Shown here one piece after another: positions 10,640 to 23,444 of a DNA stretch of 64,000 bases. The DNA comes from Octopus sinensis (lineage: Eukaryota), in NCBI RefSeq assembly GCF_006345805.1, contig NC_043002.1, forward strand, positions 109,306,001 to 109,370,000. Reading direction: 5' to 3'. The notes beneath the pieces are model-generated. The model was not told the origin of the DNA. It saw nothing but the letters and a program-made list of their open reading frames with translations, and made no database searches. Both the position numbers and the translations under genes were made by a program. Position 1 is the first letter of the stretch. Each line of letters begins with the position of its first letter.

Positions 10640-13250
10640 AATATTACCACTAGCAATCCGGCAAAATTAGTGAGACGTACAACACTTCATCCACTACATG
10701 TAGGTCTCTGGATACTGTCAAAGGATAGGATCAAAGTGTACAAAGGAGCCAGGATTAAATACAAAGCCATCAGGGAGAATGATGCAAATTGGAATGTGCC
10801 CTCCATACACAAGTAAATCCTGGAATAGCATGGAAAGGACAAAGATAGGTAGGTAAGGCCAACTAACTCATGGTATGGTAACTAAAACTACCAGAGTATT
10901 ATGTTTGTTGATGCTACCCCTGTACGTGAACTAGCATATGTTTTTGGGAAAACCTTAGATAAGATGAATCTATGGATTAAAGTAGTAGAAATGCCAGAGA
11001 CCTCCACAAAATACCAGATCTGTAAAACATCCATTTGAATGAACCACCTGTAAGGAGAGCAACTGTATAGTGTGTAGGATGAACCCACAAATAAACTGGA
11101 AAGTGAGGAATGTAGCTTATAGTATAAGGTCTTGTGAGATATGCAAGAGAAACAGAATGACTACACATATTGGTGGAAGGTGAAGGAGGAGAGAAGCTCA
11201 TCAGTGCTCTACCAACATGCTCAATTAGGACATGAAGGCTTGGTTAATAACATTGATGTTAACATATCAACTCAGACCAGACATGACACTCAGAGAGATT
11301 ATAGAAGCCAGGCATACAGTAATAGGTTGATTGATCGTCAGCTGAAAACATGAATGGAATAACATCACACCTACTGATGATGGAAGGCAGATACAGTTTA
11401 ATATATGAATCCATACACACACACAAGATGTACAAAAGACAATGAGAAAGAGGACAAGAAATAAAAGACCCAGGTATAAACAACATAGTAAGCAAACTCA
11501 TCATCATCGTTTAACATCTGCTTTCTATGCTAGCATGGGTTGGACGATTTGACTGTGGATTGGCGAACCAGTAGGCTGTGCTGGGCTCCAATCTGATCTG
11601 GCAGAGTTTCTACAGCTGGATGCCCTTCCTAACGCCAACCACTCCGAGAATGTAGTGGGTGCTTTTAAAGTGCCTCTGGCATGAGAGCCAGTCTGGTGGT
11701 ACTGGCAACGGCCATGCTCGAAAATGGTGTTTTTTACGAGCCACCTGCACAGGAGCCAGTCCAGTAGCACTGGCAACGATCTCACTTGAATGTTTTGTTT
11801 AAGTGCCAGTGAGGCGACGATGACGCACACAAAATACACACCCAGATACAAATTCTTGCACAGATAAGGATACATGTGAGAGAAAGACAAAATGCAATAA
11901 GCAGAAGAAGAAGAAACATGTAGGATAGGGAGTTACTGAAGAGGTCACTGGGTGCATGATGAAAGAGCTTTAAGAAACTAGAATGATGATAAAGCTGATG
12001 ACCAAATATATAGTGTGTGTTTAATTGGCAAAATATGAACATCCTTGAGTATAACACTATTGTAACACTTCGATGTAAAGCCCCATGGTTGTCATGTATC
12101 TGGTGGCATAGTTTTTATTTTCTAGTAAATCTAGGTAAAGCATCACAACTGTCTGTAGATAGAGATACAGGAATAGAAGTTTCCAGTAATTCTATACTGC
12201 TATCGTTCCTGCAAACCATCTTTAGACACTACATAAATTTAGAATTATAAGGGTCTGCGAGAAGTAACCTTATCATGACATCAGACAACTATTCAGATGT
12301 GTCAGATGAAGAACAGAACAATCCCTCTCCCCACCCTCACTAGGTTCATCTCGAATCTTTCTCAGCCCTCACTTCTCTACATCAACTTGTCTCCTTTCAT
12401 CACACAAGCTGACTGATTCACAGTCATTCCAAATAGTCTTTATATTTTTCTTATCCCAAACACCCAACCCATAATCATCTTTGCACTTGTTAAGTGAACT
12501 GATCCCTTCCCTATGACAATGAGTAAGGTGAATAGGCAGAGCTGCACCAGTTGTATTAATTATCTTAGTATCATGTTGATCCATCAGAAAGATCAAGGCT
12601 GGTGACTACACTGATTCTTTACCTATGTCCATCCATATCTCACATGGCCCTGAATGCTTTACTTCCAGCCGTCCAGACACAACTAGATTGCTTGAACCAA
12701 ACCACCCATCCCTGCAAACTAGATAATCTTTACTCAGTTCCTAAACTCCGACTGAGCTTTGTATACCAAAAAGACCACTACTGACTACAAAGAATCCTAG
12801 TTCGCTCCATCTCTGAAACAATGTTGTTCTCTGAGTGGTTCTGTGGATTAGACTCTGCAACCAATTCCATTGTACACATCGTTTCTTCCCATTCCACCAT
12901 GTACACACAGACGAAGTCCTTAAGTACCATAGTTTGCTGCAAACTTACCAAGGGCAATAACTCTAACAAAGACCATTTCAGTTACTTCCAGTCACAACCT
13001 CACAGAAATATTCTGTTTTCACCAAACTCTACCCTTCAATCTGTTTTTCTCTCTCTCTGTCTTTCTGAATGTATCTTAAAGTAATGTTTACATTTTCAAT
13101 GATAAGCAACTCCTGAAAGGTCAACTCCGAACTATTTCCAGTTCTCAAATGCTCAGACATGTGCAGAGAGCTACCAAACTTTGGTTACAATTAATCGAAA
13201 TGATGCTTCTTTATTCCGCACAAGTGAGCCTCTCTTGATTTAAGTTCATC
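10640..13250 (-). pseudogene. Decayed antisense membrane-protein ORF (unit 2 copy)
   Basis: Minus-strand ORF pieces at 10977-11201, 11782-12057, 12369-12596 and 12778-12969 match the peptides of other units. Confidence 0.62.
11498..11826 (-). mobile_element. SINE or short retroposon with RTE-like 3' tail
   Basis: Minus strand reads ggttggcgttaggaagggcatccagctgtagaaac...gttaaacgatgatgatga. The same family recurs at 30977, 48470 and 62966 and ahead of several acceptors. Confidence 0.75.
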
Positions 13251-13258
13251 TTCTAAAA

Positions 13259-13437
13259 CAGTGCTTTTGAAACTTTTTGCTGGAGCGGAACCCCAAGGAA
13301 ACATTCCACTGGCTCGAGGAACCCCTGTGCAATAATTTAATAGTCTTATGCACACATATCTGCACAGGGGAATTAAAAACTACTGCCGATTTTAGCAGTT
13401 TTGTAACTTCTTGCGGAACCCTGGTTGAAAACCACTG
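13259..13437. mobile_element. hAT-like MITE
   Basis: Terminal inverted repeats cagtgcttttgaaac / gttgaaaaccactg; near-identical 8-bp flanks ttctaaaa / ttctaaac. Confidence 0.75.
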
Positions 13438-14225
13438 TTCTAAACGTATTGTTAACCCTATATCAAGTTGTACTCAATCTATCTACGCTTTTGTTTCCTA
13501 AAGGCTTCCATCTGTGTTCACTAGTTAGGAAAATATCTTCAATCACGTGCAAAATTTTCTACCAACAAAAAGGCCAACTCTAGAGGCATTTAAGGTTTAA
13601 AAGCAACCAGAAATTTTCGATAATATCTTTTAATTAATTTTAAAGTCCACGTCCATTTCCCTTGCACATTTTTCGTATTTCTCAAAGACTTCAATTTGAT
13701 CTTAATGGAAAAAAAGTGTCTGTTGCTTTCATTGATATTCCATATTTTGATAGAAGAACTTCGCGTGAAGCGGAATCTCTCTAAATTCAATTTTAGCCCT
13801 GGAAAGATGGGATGCAATACAAGTGGTGTGAAGGTTTTTCACACCTGAGATTACGCTTAGCACCAGATATGATCGCATGGACCCACACCACGCATTTTTC
13901 TCATAATTATGGTAAGTTAGTGAAACCGTCGATATGCTCTCGTAGACTAGGTCTCAGAATTCACTTTAATGGTATGCCCATCTGTTCAAGCTACGATTAG
14001 TATTTTGTTTCCAAATTCGCACGTAAGTTCGACCGAGGCTATTTCAGGAAGCTACGACATATATTCGAGGATATGTCCTACGAGTATATTGCACTACTAT
14101 TTCCAAAATTCAAAACACTCCAGCTACTAAGGGTTTCCGACGAGAAAATATTCCACGCTAACCGTGACCAACCACTTCGGGTGAAACTCTTCTGACAAAT
14201 AAAGAACGAAAGGAAACTTAGTCTG

Positions 14226-14398
14226 CAGATCACGTGACTTGAAGTGACCAATAGAATTCATATAACACCGCATCGCAGTCTCCCACAGAAGATTTACCGA
14301 AGCTGAGTCGTCATGGGAAATGTCATAATTGTTTAGCAGCCGTTGTCTATGATTGATGTTAACGATTGGTTGTTATTCAGGAGAAGCAATATATTAAG
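14226..14398 (+). promoter_or_regulatory. Putative promoter and first exon of paralog 3
   Basis: TCACGTGAC at 14230, CCAAT at 14248, donor attaag|gtaaga at 14398/14399. Confidence 0.65.
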
Positions 14399-14696
14399 GT
14401 AAGAGAACGCTTATTTATCTATTGTTTGTATGTGTTTAATATAGATAATTGCTTTGCATCGTGGGTCGATATAAAAGGCCTTCCTTTAATTAAGGGTCAG
14501 CCCAATTAACTAGCCTCTCCCCTGTAAATAGCTGTTATTTCGTTTGTTTGATGTTGTCTCGTCTCTTAAATACCTGGCTGACGTGGATAGGTGTGATGGT
14601 TTTGTGACCAGGTTAACATTTGCTGGTAAATATTAGAAAGTTTCCTGTGTCCGGAGAGTGTTTCAAAAAAATTTTCTTGTCCGTGAACGCTCGTTC

Positions 14697-14900
14697 CTTC
14701 GATGTAAATCGACAAAACCAAAACAAACACTCGACTGTTTCCGTGACAAACTCGACAATTCACTTCGGATATCTCCGTGACAGTTAAGCACGCACCACGC
14801 ACACAAACCGTTAGCTTTCTTCTCCTTCACGCTGCAACTGTCGAATTATAACGGAAACAGTCGAATGTTTGTTTTGGTTTTGTCGAGTTATATTGAAGGA
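14697..14900. mobile_element. MITE-like element with about 60-bp inverted repeats
   Basis: tcgacaaaaccaaaacaaacactcgactgtttccgt versus acggaaacagtcgaatgtttgttttggttttgtcga. Confidence 0.6.
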
Positions 14901-15210
14901 TTGCCCGGCAGGCGATCTTTCGTCTCTAGTAGACCTTTCCGTCGATTTCCGTAAAAAAAAATATTTTTTTTACATATGGGCTTGCGGGAACTTTTGAAGT
15001 AATATACATACATATACACATACACCGAGTAAAAAATTTCAGCCCCCTTTCGTTTATTTAATTGCAGGAAAGAGAAATCGATACCAGTTCTTGGTTCGTA
15101 CTTAGTGTATGATCCCAGGAGACATGATAAGCACAGTAAACAAGCTAGATTTTTAAGTCGGTGTTCTTAAGGTCCGATTCACTTACAGTTTATAAAAATG
15201 ATGCAGTAGT

Positions 15211-15599
15211 TTTTAAGGAAGCACTCCGTCGGTTACGACGACGAGGGTTCCGGTTGATCCGAATCAACGGAACAGCCTGCTCGTGAAATTAACGTGTAAG
15301 TGGCTGAGCACTCCACAGACACGTGTACCCTTAACGTAGTTCTCGGGGATATTCAGCGTGACACAGAGAGTGACAAGGCCGGCCCTTTGAAATACAGGTA
15401 CAACAGAAACAGGAAGTAAGAGTGAGAGAAAGTTGTAGTGAAAGAGTACAGCAGGGATCACCACCATCCCCTGCCGGAGCCTCGTGGAGCTTTAGGTGTT
15501 TTCGCTCAATAAACACTTACAACGCCCGGTCTGGGAATCGAAACCGCGATCCTATGACCGCAAGTGCGCTGCCCTAACACTGGGCCATTGCGCCTCCAC
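15211..15599 (-). mobile_element. Full-length tRNA-derived SINE
   Basis: A box TGGCCCAGTG and B box GTTTCGATTCC at the 5' end; TSD gatgcagtagt. Same family as 52769-53132. Confidence 0.88.
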
Positions 15600-16255
15600 G
15601 ATGCAGTAGTAATCAACCAATGCTGGGCGTTCCTTCGTTTTAACTCTACAAAACTATAACAAGACCTCGGTTGTTTCCGTGACAACTCGAAAGCATTGTC
15701 AATTATTGCTACCAAATAACACAATAACACTCTCACCCACTACAAATGGGGTGAAAGTATTTTTTTAGAAATGTTTACATGGAGAAGTCATTACACACTC
15801 TGTAAAGTGGTTGGCATTAGGAAGGGTATCCATCTGTAGAAACCATACAGAAACAGTCGATGGAGCCTGGTGGGGACTTTTCTGGTTCCTGTCAAATTGT
15901 CCAACCCTTGCCAGCATCGAAAATGGACATTAAATAATAATGATGAGGATTTTGGGAATATTCTATTAATCCTGAACAGAGACAGCTTAAATAAAAGTTG
16001 TGACTTGCTGATCTATAATTGAGGTATTGTTCAGAATAGTTAATCATATATACCACACAAATAGCCACCCATTTCACAACCTTTTGGTCATTAGTATCTA
16101 ATATTTATTTTCTTTTTCTTTCAGGACATATTTTCATTGGAAAGAAGATTTTCTGCAGAGGATACTGAGAGTCTGCTCTGTTAGGGTAGAAAGATTTATC
16201 AACCAATTTATGTCTTCAGAATGAAAGAAAAAACCTGTAAAAATTAACCGAGAGA

Positions 16256-17284
16256 ATGTTTCAGAAAGTGAGCAAACGTTACAAATGTGATATTTGTGGT
16301 AAATTACTTACTACAAAATGTAATTTAGCTATTCATAGGCGCACTCATACAGGGGAAAAGCCATACCACTGTGAAGTATGTGAGAAAACATTCACTCAGA
16401 AAGCAAATTTAATAGAACACAACCGTACACATACAGGAGAGAAACCATTTCACTGTGAAATATGTGGAAAATCATTTTCTAATCAAGGTTATATAAAGAA
16501 ACACAAACGTACACACACAGGGGAAAAACCATTTCACTGTGAAATCTGTGGCAAAGCATTTTCACAGTTCAATAGCGTAAGAAGTCATCGGCTTATTCAC
16601 ACTGGAGAAAAACAATACCATTGTGAAATTTGTGGCAAAACATTTTCTCAAGTTAATAATTTAACAAGACACAAACGTACTCACACTGGAGAGGAGCCAT
16701 ACAGGTGTGATGACTGTGGGAAAGCTTTTTCTAATGTGAGTAACTTTGAAAGACACAGAGGTGTGCATTCAAAACCTTACCACTGTGAAATTTGTGGTAA
16801 AACATTTTCTGTAAAAGAGTCTTTAACAGTACACAAACGAGTTCACACTGGAGAGAAGCCATATGCTTGTGAAGTATGTGGGAAAGGTTTTACAATTAGT
16901 CGTACCTTAATAAGGCATAAACGTGTTCACACAGGGGAAAAACAACACCACTGTGAAATCTGTGGGAAAGCTTTTCCTGAAAAATATGTCTTAACATTAC
17001 ACAAACGTATTCACACAGGAGAGAAACCATATCACTGTGAAGTTTGTGGAAAAGACTTTTCTGGTAGGTGCAGTCTAAGAAATCACAATCATATTCATAC
17101 TGGAGAAAAACCACATCACTGTGAAATCTGTGGCAAAGCATTTTCTGTAAATGGTAGTTTAAGAAGACACAAACGCATTCACACAGGAGAGACACCATAT
17201 CATTGTTTAATTTGTGGAAAAGAATTTTCACTTAAAACCAGTTTAACAAGACATAGACGTATTCATACTGGGGAAAAGCCATAA
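16256..17284 (+). CDS. C2H2 zinc-finger protein, paralog 3 (12 fingers, 342 aa)
   Basis: Intact ORF; acceptor at 16124/16125. Confidence 0.93.
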   Translation: MFQKVSKRYKCDICGKLLTTKCNLAIHRRTHTGEKPYHCEVCEKTFTQKANLIEHNRTHTGEKPFHCEICGKSFSNQGYIKKHKRTHTGEKPFHCEICGKAFSQFNSVRSHRLIHTGEKQYHCEICGKTFSQVNNLTRHKRTHTGEEPYRCDDCGKAFSNVSNFERHRGVHSKPYHCEICGKTFSVKESLTVHKRVHTGEKPYACEVCGKGFTISRTLIRHKRVHTGEKQHHCEICGKAFPEKYVLTLHKRIHTGEKPYHCEVCGKDFSGRCSLRNHNHIHTGEKPHHCEICGKAFSVNGSLRRHKRIHTGETPYHCLICGKEFSLKTSLTRHRRIHTGEKP

Positions 17285-17631
17285 CTAATGTGAAATATGC
17301 AGGGAAGCATTTTCTGAAAAATCTGTCGTGGTAATTCATAAATGCTCTCATACTGGAGAAAAACCATATCAGTGTGAAGTTTCTAGCAAAGAATTTTCCA
17401 ATAGTGGCAGCTTAAAAGGACATATACGTACACACACTGGAGAGAAACTTCACCACTGTGAAATCTGTGGCAAAACATTTTCTAACTTGAGGTGTTTAAT
17501 GAGACATAATCATACTCATACTGGGGGAAAAACCATACAGCTGTGTTATTTGTGGGAAATCATTTCATCGCAGTGATTATATATCTACTCATAAATGTAC
17601 TTTTAATGATGGAAATAAACCTTACCACTGA
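17285..17631 (+). pseudogene. Out-of-frame finger tail of paralog 3
   Basis: cca TAA c TAA tgt. The tail is largely open in the shifted frame (ORF 17328-17576). Confidence 0.85.
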
Positions 17632-17829
17632 CTTTTGTAGGAAAGTATAGTATAAAACCATATTGTCGTTAGATTTGTATTAAAGAATTTATGTATATGA
17701 ATGTTATTAAAGTGCTATAAATGTTTATAATATGAGTGGTGTATTCTTTGGAAGTTGTAAATTTTTCATTTTTAATGTTACTTGTTAGGTCACATGTATC
17801 ATATGATATGGTTAGAGTGAGAAAACCGT

Positions 17830-20215
17830 TGTTATTACTAGCAATGCAACAGAAATAGGGAGACATACAACACTTCATCCACTACATGTAGTTCTCTGGA
17901 TACTGTCAAAGGGATAGGATCAAAGTGTACAAAGGAGCCTGGACTAAATACAAGGCCATCATGGAGAATAATGCAAATTGGGATGTGCCCACTATACACA
18001 AGTAATTCTGGAATAGCATGGAAAGAACAAAGAAGATAGATATGGCCAACTAGCTTACGGTATGATAAACTAAAAATACCAGAGTATTATGGTTGTAGAT
18101 GATACCCCTGTAGGTGAACGAGCATATATTTTTGGGGAAACATTAGATAAAGTGAATCTATGTATTAAAGTAGTAGAAAGGCCAGAGACCTCCATAAAAT
18201 AGCAAATCTGTAAAACATATCCATTTGAATGAATCACCTGTAAGGAGAATAACTGTATAGTGTGTAGGATGAACCCGAGGAATGTAGCTTATAGTATTAG
18301 GTGTTGTGAGATATGCAAGAGAAACAGAATGACTACACATATTGGTGGAAGGTGAAGGAGGAGAGAAGCTCATCAGTGCTCTACCAACATGAAGGCTTGG
18401 TTAATAACATTGATGTTAAGACATTATCACATAGATCAGACATATGGAGGCCACACATACAGTAGTAGAGAGACTAAGATTCAACAGGAAACTTGAATGG
18501 AATAACATTACCCCCACTCCAGCACACTGTGTATCCTGATAACAAATACAGTATAATACATAAACCCATATATAAAAAACAATGACAAAGAAGAAAAAAG
18601 ATCCAGGTACAAACAATGTAGTAAGCAAGCGCATATGTACACAAAACACACACCCTGATACAGATGCAAATTGTTTCACAGATATGGATACATACCACAG
18701 AAATACAAAATGGGATAAGCAGAACAAGAGACATGGGATAGAGAGTTACTGAAGAGGTCACAGGATGTGTAATGAGAGAGCTTTAAGAAAGAAACTAGAA
18801 TAATGATAAATCTGAAGAGAAGAACAAATATATAGAGGGTGTTTAATTGGCAAAATATGACCATCATTATGTATAACAATATTCTTTTCTACTCAAGACC
18901 CAAGGTCTGAAAGTTTTAGGGAAGGTGACCAGTCAATTAGATAGATCCCTCGTATGCAACTGGTACTTGATTTTTCAACCCTGAAAGGATGAAAGGCATA
19001 GTTGAACTCAGAATGTAAAGATAGACGCAATACTGCTAAGCATTTTACCTGGCATACTAACATTTCTGCCAGCTTGCTGCCTTGAAGTATAACAATATTA
19101 TAACTTAATAATATTATTTTGATGTGAGGCCCCATGGTTGTCATGAGGATACAATGAGTATTCAGAAATGACACTTGATTATATAATCATACTTGTTTTG
19201 GATCTGGTGGCATAGTACTTTTGATTTTCTAGTAAGTCTAGGTAAAGAATCACAAGTGGCTGAAGATGCAGACACAAGAACTGAAATTTACAATAATTCC
19301 ACACTGCCATTGCTCCTGAAAACCACTCACCAACACTACCTAATGTCACAGGTGTAAGAATCTGCAAGACATAACCATATCACGACACCTGTCAACTGTT
19401 CAGATGAAGAACTATTTCTGCCATCTTCACTAAATTCAACCTGAATCTCTCTCAGTCCTCATCTCACTACAACAACTCATCTCCCCTTGTCACTCATCAC
19501 TAACTGATTCACAGTCATTTCAAATGATCTTTGTTTTGCTTCCCTAGACCCAACTCATAACAATCTTTGCAAAACTGATTACTTTTTAATCACAATAACC
19601 TGGACCTTTAAGTAGTTTGAGTAAGCTGAACAGAGCTCCTGCAGTTGTGTTAAGTATCCCTATTATTGTGTTTCACTGTTGATCCATCAGAAGATGGATC
19701 AAGGTAGGTGACTGCTATCATTCTCTTACATGTGCCCGTCCATATCCCACATGGCCCTGAAGCTTTACTCATAGCATCACTCCAGCCGTTCAGACACAAA
19801 ACAACTACAATGAACCAAGCCACCCATCCCTGCAAACTAGATACTCCTTACCCAGTTCCTAAACACCAACTGATCTTTGTATACCAACAGGATTACTACT
19901 GACTATGAAGAATCCTAGTTCCCTCCATCTCCCAAACAATGTTATTCTCAAAGTAGTTCTGTGGAAAAATCTCTGCAATCAATTCCATTGTACAAACGGT
20001 TTCTACCCATTCTACAATGCACACAAACGCACAGGCTGTCCTAAAGTCCCTCAGTTTGCTGCAAACTTTACCAAGGCCAATACCTTCACAAACTTTACCA
20101 AGGCCAGTTACCTTCACAACCTCACAGAAATATTCCGTTTTCACCAAACTCTACCCTTCAGTCTTTTGCTCTCTGTCTTTCTGCATGTATCCTGATTAAT
20201 GTTTAACTTTCTGAT
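17830..20215 (-). pseudogene. Decayed antisense membrane-protein ORF (unit 3 copy)
   Basis: 18290 to 17830 reads in one frame with scattered stops: VHPTHYTVILLTGDSFKWICFTDLLFYGGLWPFYYFN...LAISIFFVLSMLFQNYLCIVGTSQFALFSMMALYLVQAPLYTLILSL. Confidence 0.65.
18885..19085 (-). mobile_element. Diverged SINE (same family as 6721 and 20897)
   Basis: Contains caactggtact...ctgaaaggatgaaaggc...gaactcagaatgtaaag. Confidence 0.65.
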
Positions 20216-20896
20216 CCTGATGATAAGGAACTCCTTCTGACAACTCTAACCCTAAAACCTTAAAGCTAAAACCAGTACAAACACACGAACGATGTCATAA
20301 ATAACAGTGAAAAACGAAATATACACCGCCGATAGTTGTTATCGACAAACAACAGCAGTAATTTTATTCAGCTGAATACACGTCATTGATTGGTTGAAAT
20401 TACCGAAATAGGACAACTTGAAAGTGAAATAACTTCCCAAATATAAGCTTTTCTAAAAAACGCTAAGAGTAAAAGATGTTTTATATGACGCATTCTACCA
20501 GTGTCCGAAGTTTGAAAGTGTTTAGTTACAAAAAATTTTTTATAAATCTGTGGTCAAAAGGTAAAGATCCAATTTTTTCAAGGAGAGGTGCGAAACTGCA
20601 TTAGCCCTGAAATTAATTTTTTTCCATATTCTTAATATCCATATTTTCCCACGTAGATTGAAAAAAAAAAATCGAAAATAAGTTAGAATGTAAAAATTGG
20701 GGATGGGGTGGAAGTAATTTTTGGCATATTGAGAATCTCCGTAATCGAAAACAGGAATCCGCTGAAAGATTAAAAAATAAAAGGCGATTTTTTTCGTGCC
20801 GGTGTACTTGTAAACATTAACCATACTGCTATTTCTAAAATCGAAAACGTGCCTACTCCAAAGGGTTTCGGACGAGAAATGATGTATCTGTTTCTT

Positions 20897-21085
20897 ACAC
20901 ACAAGGAGCTAAACATAGAGGGGACAAACAAGGACAGACAAACGGATTAAGTCGATTACATCGACTCCAGTACGTAACTGGTACTTAATTTATCGACCCC
21001 GAAAGGATGAAAGGCAAAGTCGACCTCGGCGGAATTTGAACTCAGAACGTAAAGGCAGACGAAATACGGCCCCGCATTTCGCGTG
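20897..21085 (-). mobile_element. SINE immediately upstream of the paralog 4 promoter
   Basis: Near-identical to the SINE at 6733-6881 and to the reverse complement of 32660-32835. Confidence 0.8.
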
Positions 21086-21114
21086 AAAGTCTTCTGCTGC
21101 GAAAAAAAAAGTCT

Positions 21115-21275
21115 GTAGACCACGTGACTGGAAGTGACCAATAGAATTCATATAACATCGCCATCCGAGTTTCTCGCAAAGCATTTAGCGAAGCTAAGCA
21201 ATCATAACGGGAGTTATAATTATTTATGATTGATGTTAACAATGGGTAGTTATTCAGGAGAAGCAATATATTAAG
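21115..21275 (+). promoter_or_regulatory. Putative promoter and first exon of paralog 4
   Basis: CACGTGAC at 21121, CCAAT at 21138, CGCCATC near 21159, donor at 21275/21276. Confidence 0.65.
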
Positions 21276-21330
21276 GTAAGATAATGTTTATTTATCGGCA
21301 ATCTTTGTACGTGATTAAAATAGGTAATTG

Positions 21331-22582
21331 TGGCTGAAGTAAAGACAATGTACCACATCTCCATTTGGAATTGCTTTTTTTTTTTTTTTCCAGGAACCCA
21401 CTATTCCGATACGGAGATTCCGAATCTGCCCTCACCCTTCAATTTCTTCAATTTTCACTTTAAAAAAATTGGTGGGTGCGTGGCAAAATACGGAGATTAT
21501 GATTCTGAAAAAAAAAAAAAAAAAAATGGTTATATTTACACATGTTTCTCTGGCGCCTGTTTCAATAGAATGTTTCGAGACACTATCTTGTCACAAAAAT
21601 ATCAAAGATTTACTAACTTAATCGATTTGTGACTAAACCTTCATTTAATTTCATTTTATACCAACTTTATTATCAACTAGCAGTTATAGCCCAGCGTTGC
21701 TCGGGCTTGTTTTCTTTTCGACCCTTTAGAATTGGATTTTTTGAAAAGTGAAAATGTTGCATTATGTAGCTTGTTATTCTCTTTAAGTGAACATTTTTCT
21801 GGTTGAAATATACCGATAAATGGCGACACAGCAGTCAAAAAATCGTAAAAAAATAGGGATTTTCATAGAAAAAAAGCACCTTTTTGATGTAAATAATTTT
21901 TGGCGTTAACATGGTCCGATTTGAATTTTTTTCTTCTACGGAAGGAAGAGCAAGCCTTCTACTATCATACTCACAATTTTGGTCAACTTGCGCCGCAGGG
22001 TCTCGGAGGAGATAGTGTTAGTTGAAGGCTACCAAACCTGCCACACACAGACAACTTCAGCTTTATATATAGAGAGAGATTATATAGATAATAACAATTA
22101 TGGTCTGTAAAGAAAACCTATCTATTTGTACATTTTCATGTTTCTCTTTTACGATCAACGTTACAAAGGATCGCAAAAGAGAAACATTTATGAAAATGTA
22201 CAGATAAATAAGTTTTCTTTACAGACCATAACTGTAATTATCTATATAATTGATAATAAAGTTGGTATTAAATGAAGGTTTAGTCACATTTTGATTAATA
22301 CAGTTCTATATTTAATGTAGATAATGTACAAATCGATTAAGTTATTAAATTTTTGGCATTCTTCTGACAAGATAGTGTCTCGAAATATTCTAATGAAACA
22401 GGCGCCAGAGAAACATACTTTTTTTTTAAAGTGAAAATTAAAAACAAATTGGGGTGTGGGATTAAAATTTTGAAATGCAGATTTTCTTGCAGATTCGGAA
22501 TCTCCGCACTCAATATAGTGGGTTCCTGGAAAAATATAATAAATAAATAAAATCCCAAAGGTCCATTGTCTTTATCTCCGCC
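21331..22582. mobile_element. Large fold-back (long inverted repeat) DNA element
   Basis: Nested inverted pairs 21380-21430/22490-22535, 21541-21630/22328-22416 and 21634-21675/22250-22283, a central hairpin at 22091-22240, and taattg on both flanks. Confidence 0.72.
21676..22089 (-). mobile_element. Helitron-like element nested in the fold-back element
   Basis: On the plus strand: actagcagttatagcccagcgttgctcggg ... tatatagat, the same termini as 7686-8058. Confidence 0.7.
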
Positions 22583-22669
22583 GATAATTGTTTCCCATCC
22601 TGGGTCGATATAAAAGGCTTTCTTTTAATAGTCAACCCAATTAACTAACCTCTCCAATGTAAATTACTG

Positions 22670-23105
22670 AGTACTATTTAAGAAGAGTGGTCCTGGTGCG
22701 CGCATCCGCGCTAACTAGTCGTGACTAGTCGATCCTACAACGACTACCTAGCAAAATAAAACACAAAATAAATAATTTTTTTAAAACAAAGTAAATAAAA
22801 CAGGCGAATCTTGGTATATGTACAGGTGTAAGTACCGGATACATTTCAAAAAAGTGTTTTTTTATATATGGGGGGGGGTGTTTAAAGTTTGGGTTTGTGT
22901 TAAGGTTAGGGGTGGGAGAAAAGGGTTTCTGTTATCTTCAGAAATGTAAACAAAGTCACGTGTGTACATATACCGAAGCACCGCCTAAAACACAAAGTAA
23001 ATAATTTTTTAAACAGTAAATAAAACAAAAACACAAAGTAAGGATCGACTAGCTAGTGCGGATGCGCGAGTGCGCGCACCGGGACCACTCTTCTTAAATA
23101 TTACC
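22670..23105. mobile_element. MITE with GC-rich TIRs (Mutator- or hAT-like)
   Basis: TIRs tatttaagaagagtggtcctggtgcgcgca / tgcgcgcaccgggaccactcttcttaaata; TSD aattactg. Sister copy at 54774-55017. Confidence 0.8.
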
Positions 23106-23444
23106 AATTACTGTTATTTATATTTGTTTGATGTCGGCTGATCTCTTTAACACTGGGCTGTCGTGGTTCTGTTTCCAGGTTCACATTTGCTGGTAAATAT
23201 TAGAGACTTTCGTGTATCCAGAGCGTTGGAAGAATTAACCGGGCTGTGAACGGTCGTCTCCCCTTTCGTTTATCTGATTGCAGGAAAGAGAAATCGATTC
23301 CAGTTCTTGATTTGTACTTTGCTTATCGTCCCAAACGACATGACAAAGTAAACTGGTTAGATTTTTAAATTCGGTGCCCTTAAATCCTGAATACATACAC
23401 CGTTTTTGACTTTTCCAATTCACTGCCTTGTATACAGACTATAC

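Noticed and set aside
20230-20880. Probable DNA-transposon fragments here and at 38490-38880, 46000-46340 and 56400-57290
   Set aside because: They look repetitive, but I could not define ends, TSDs or coding motifs well enough to annotate them.
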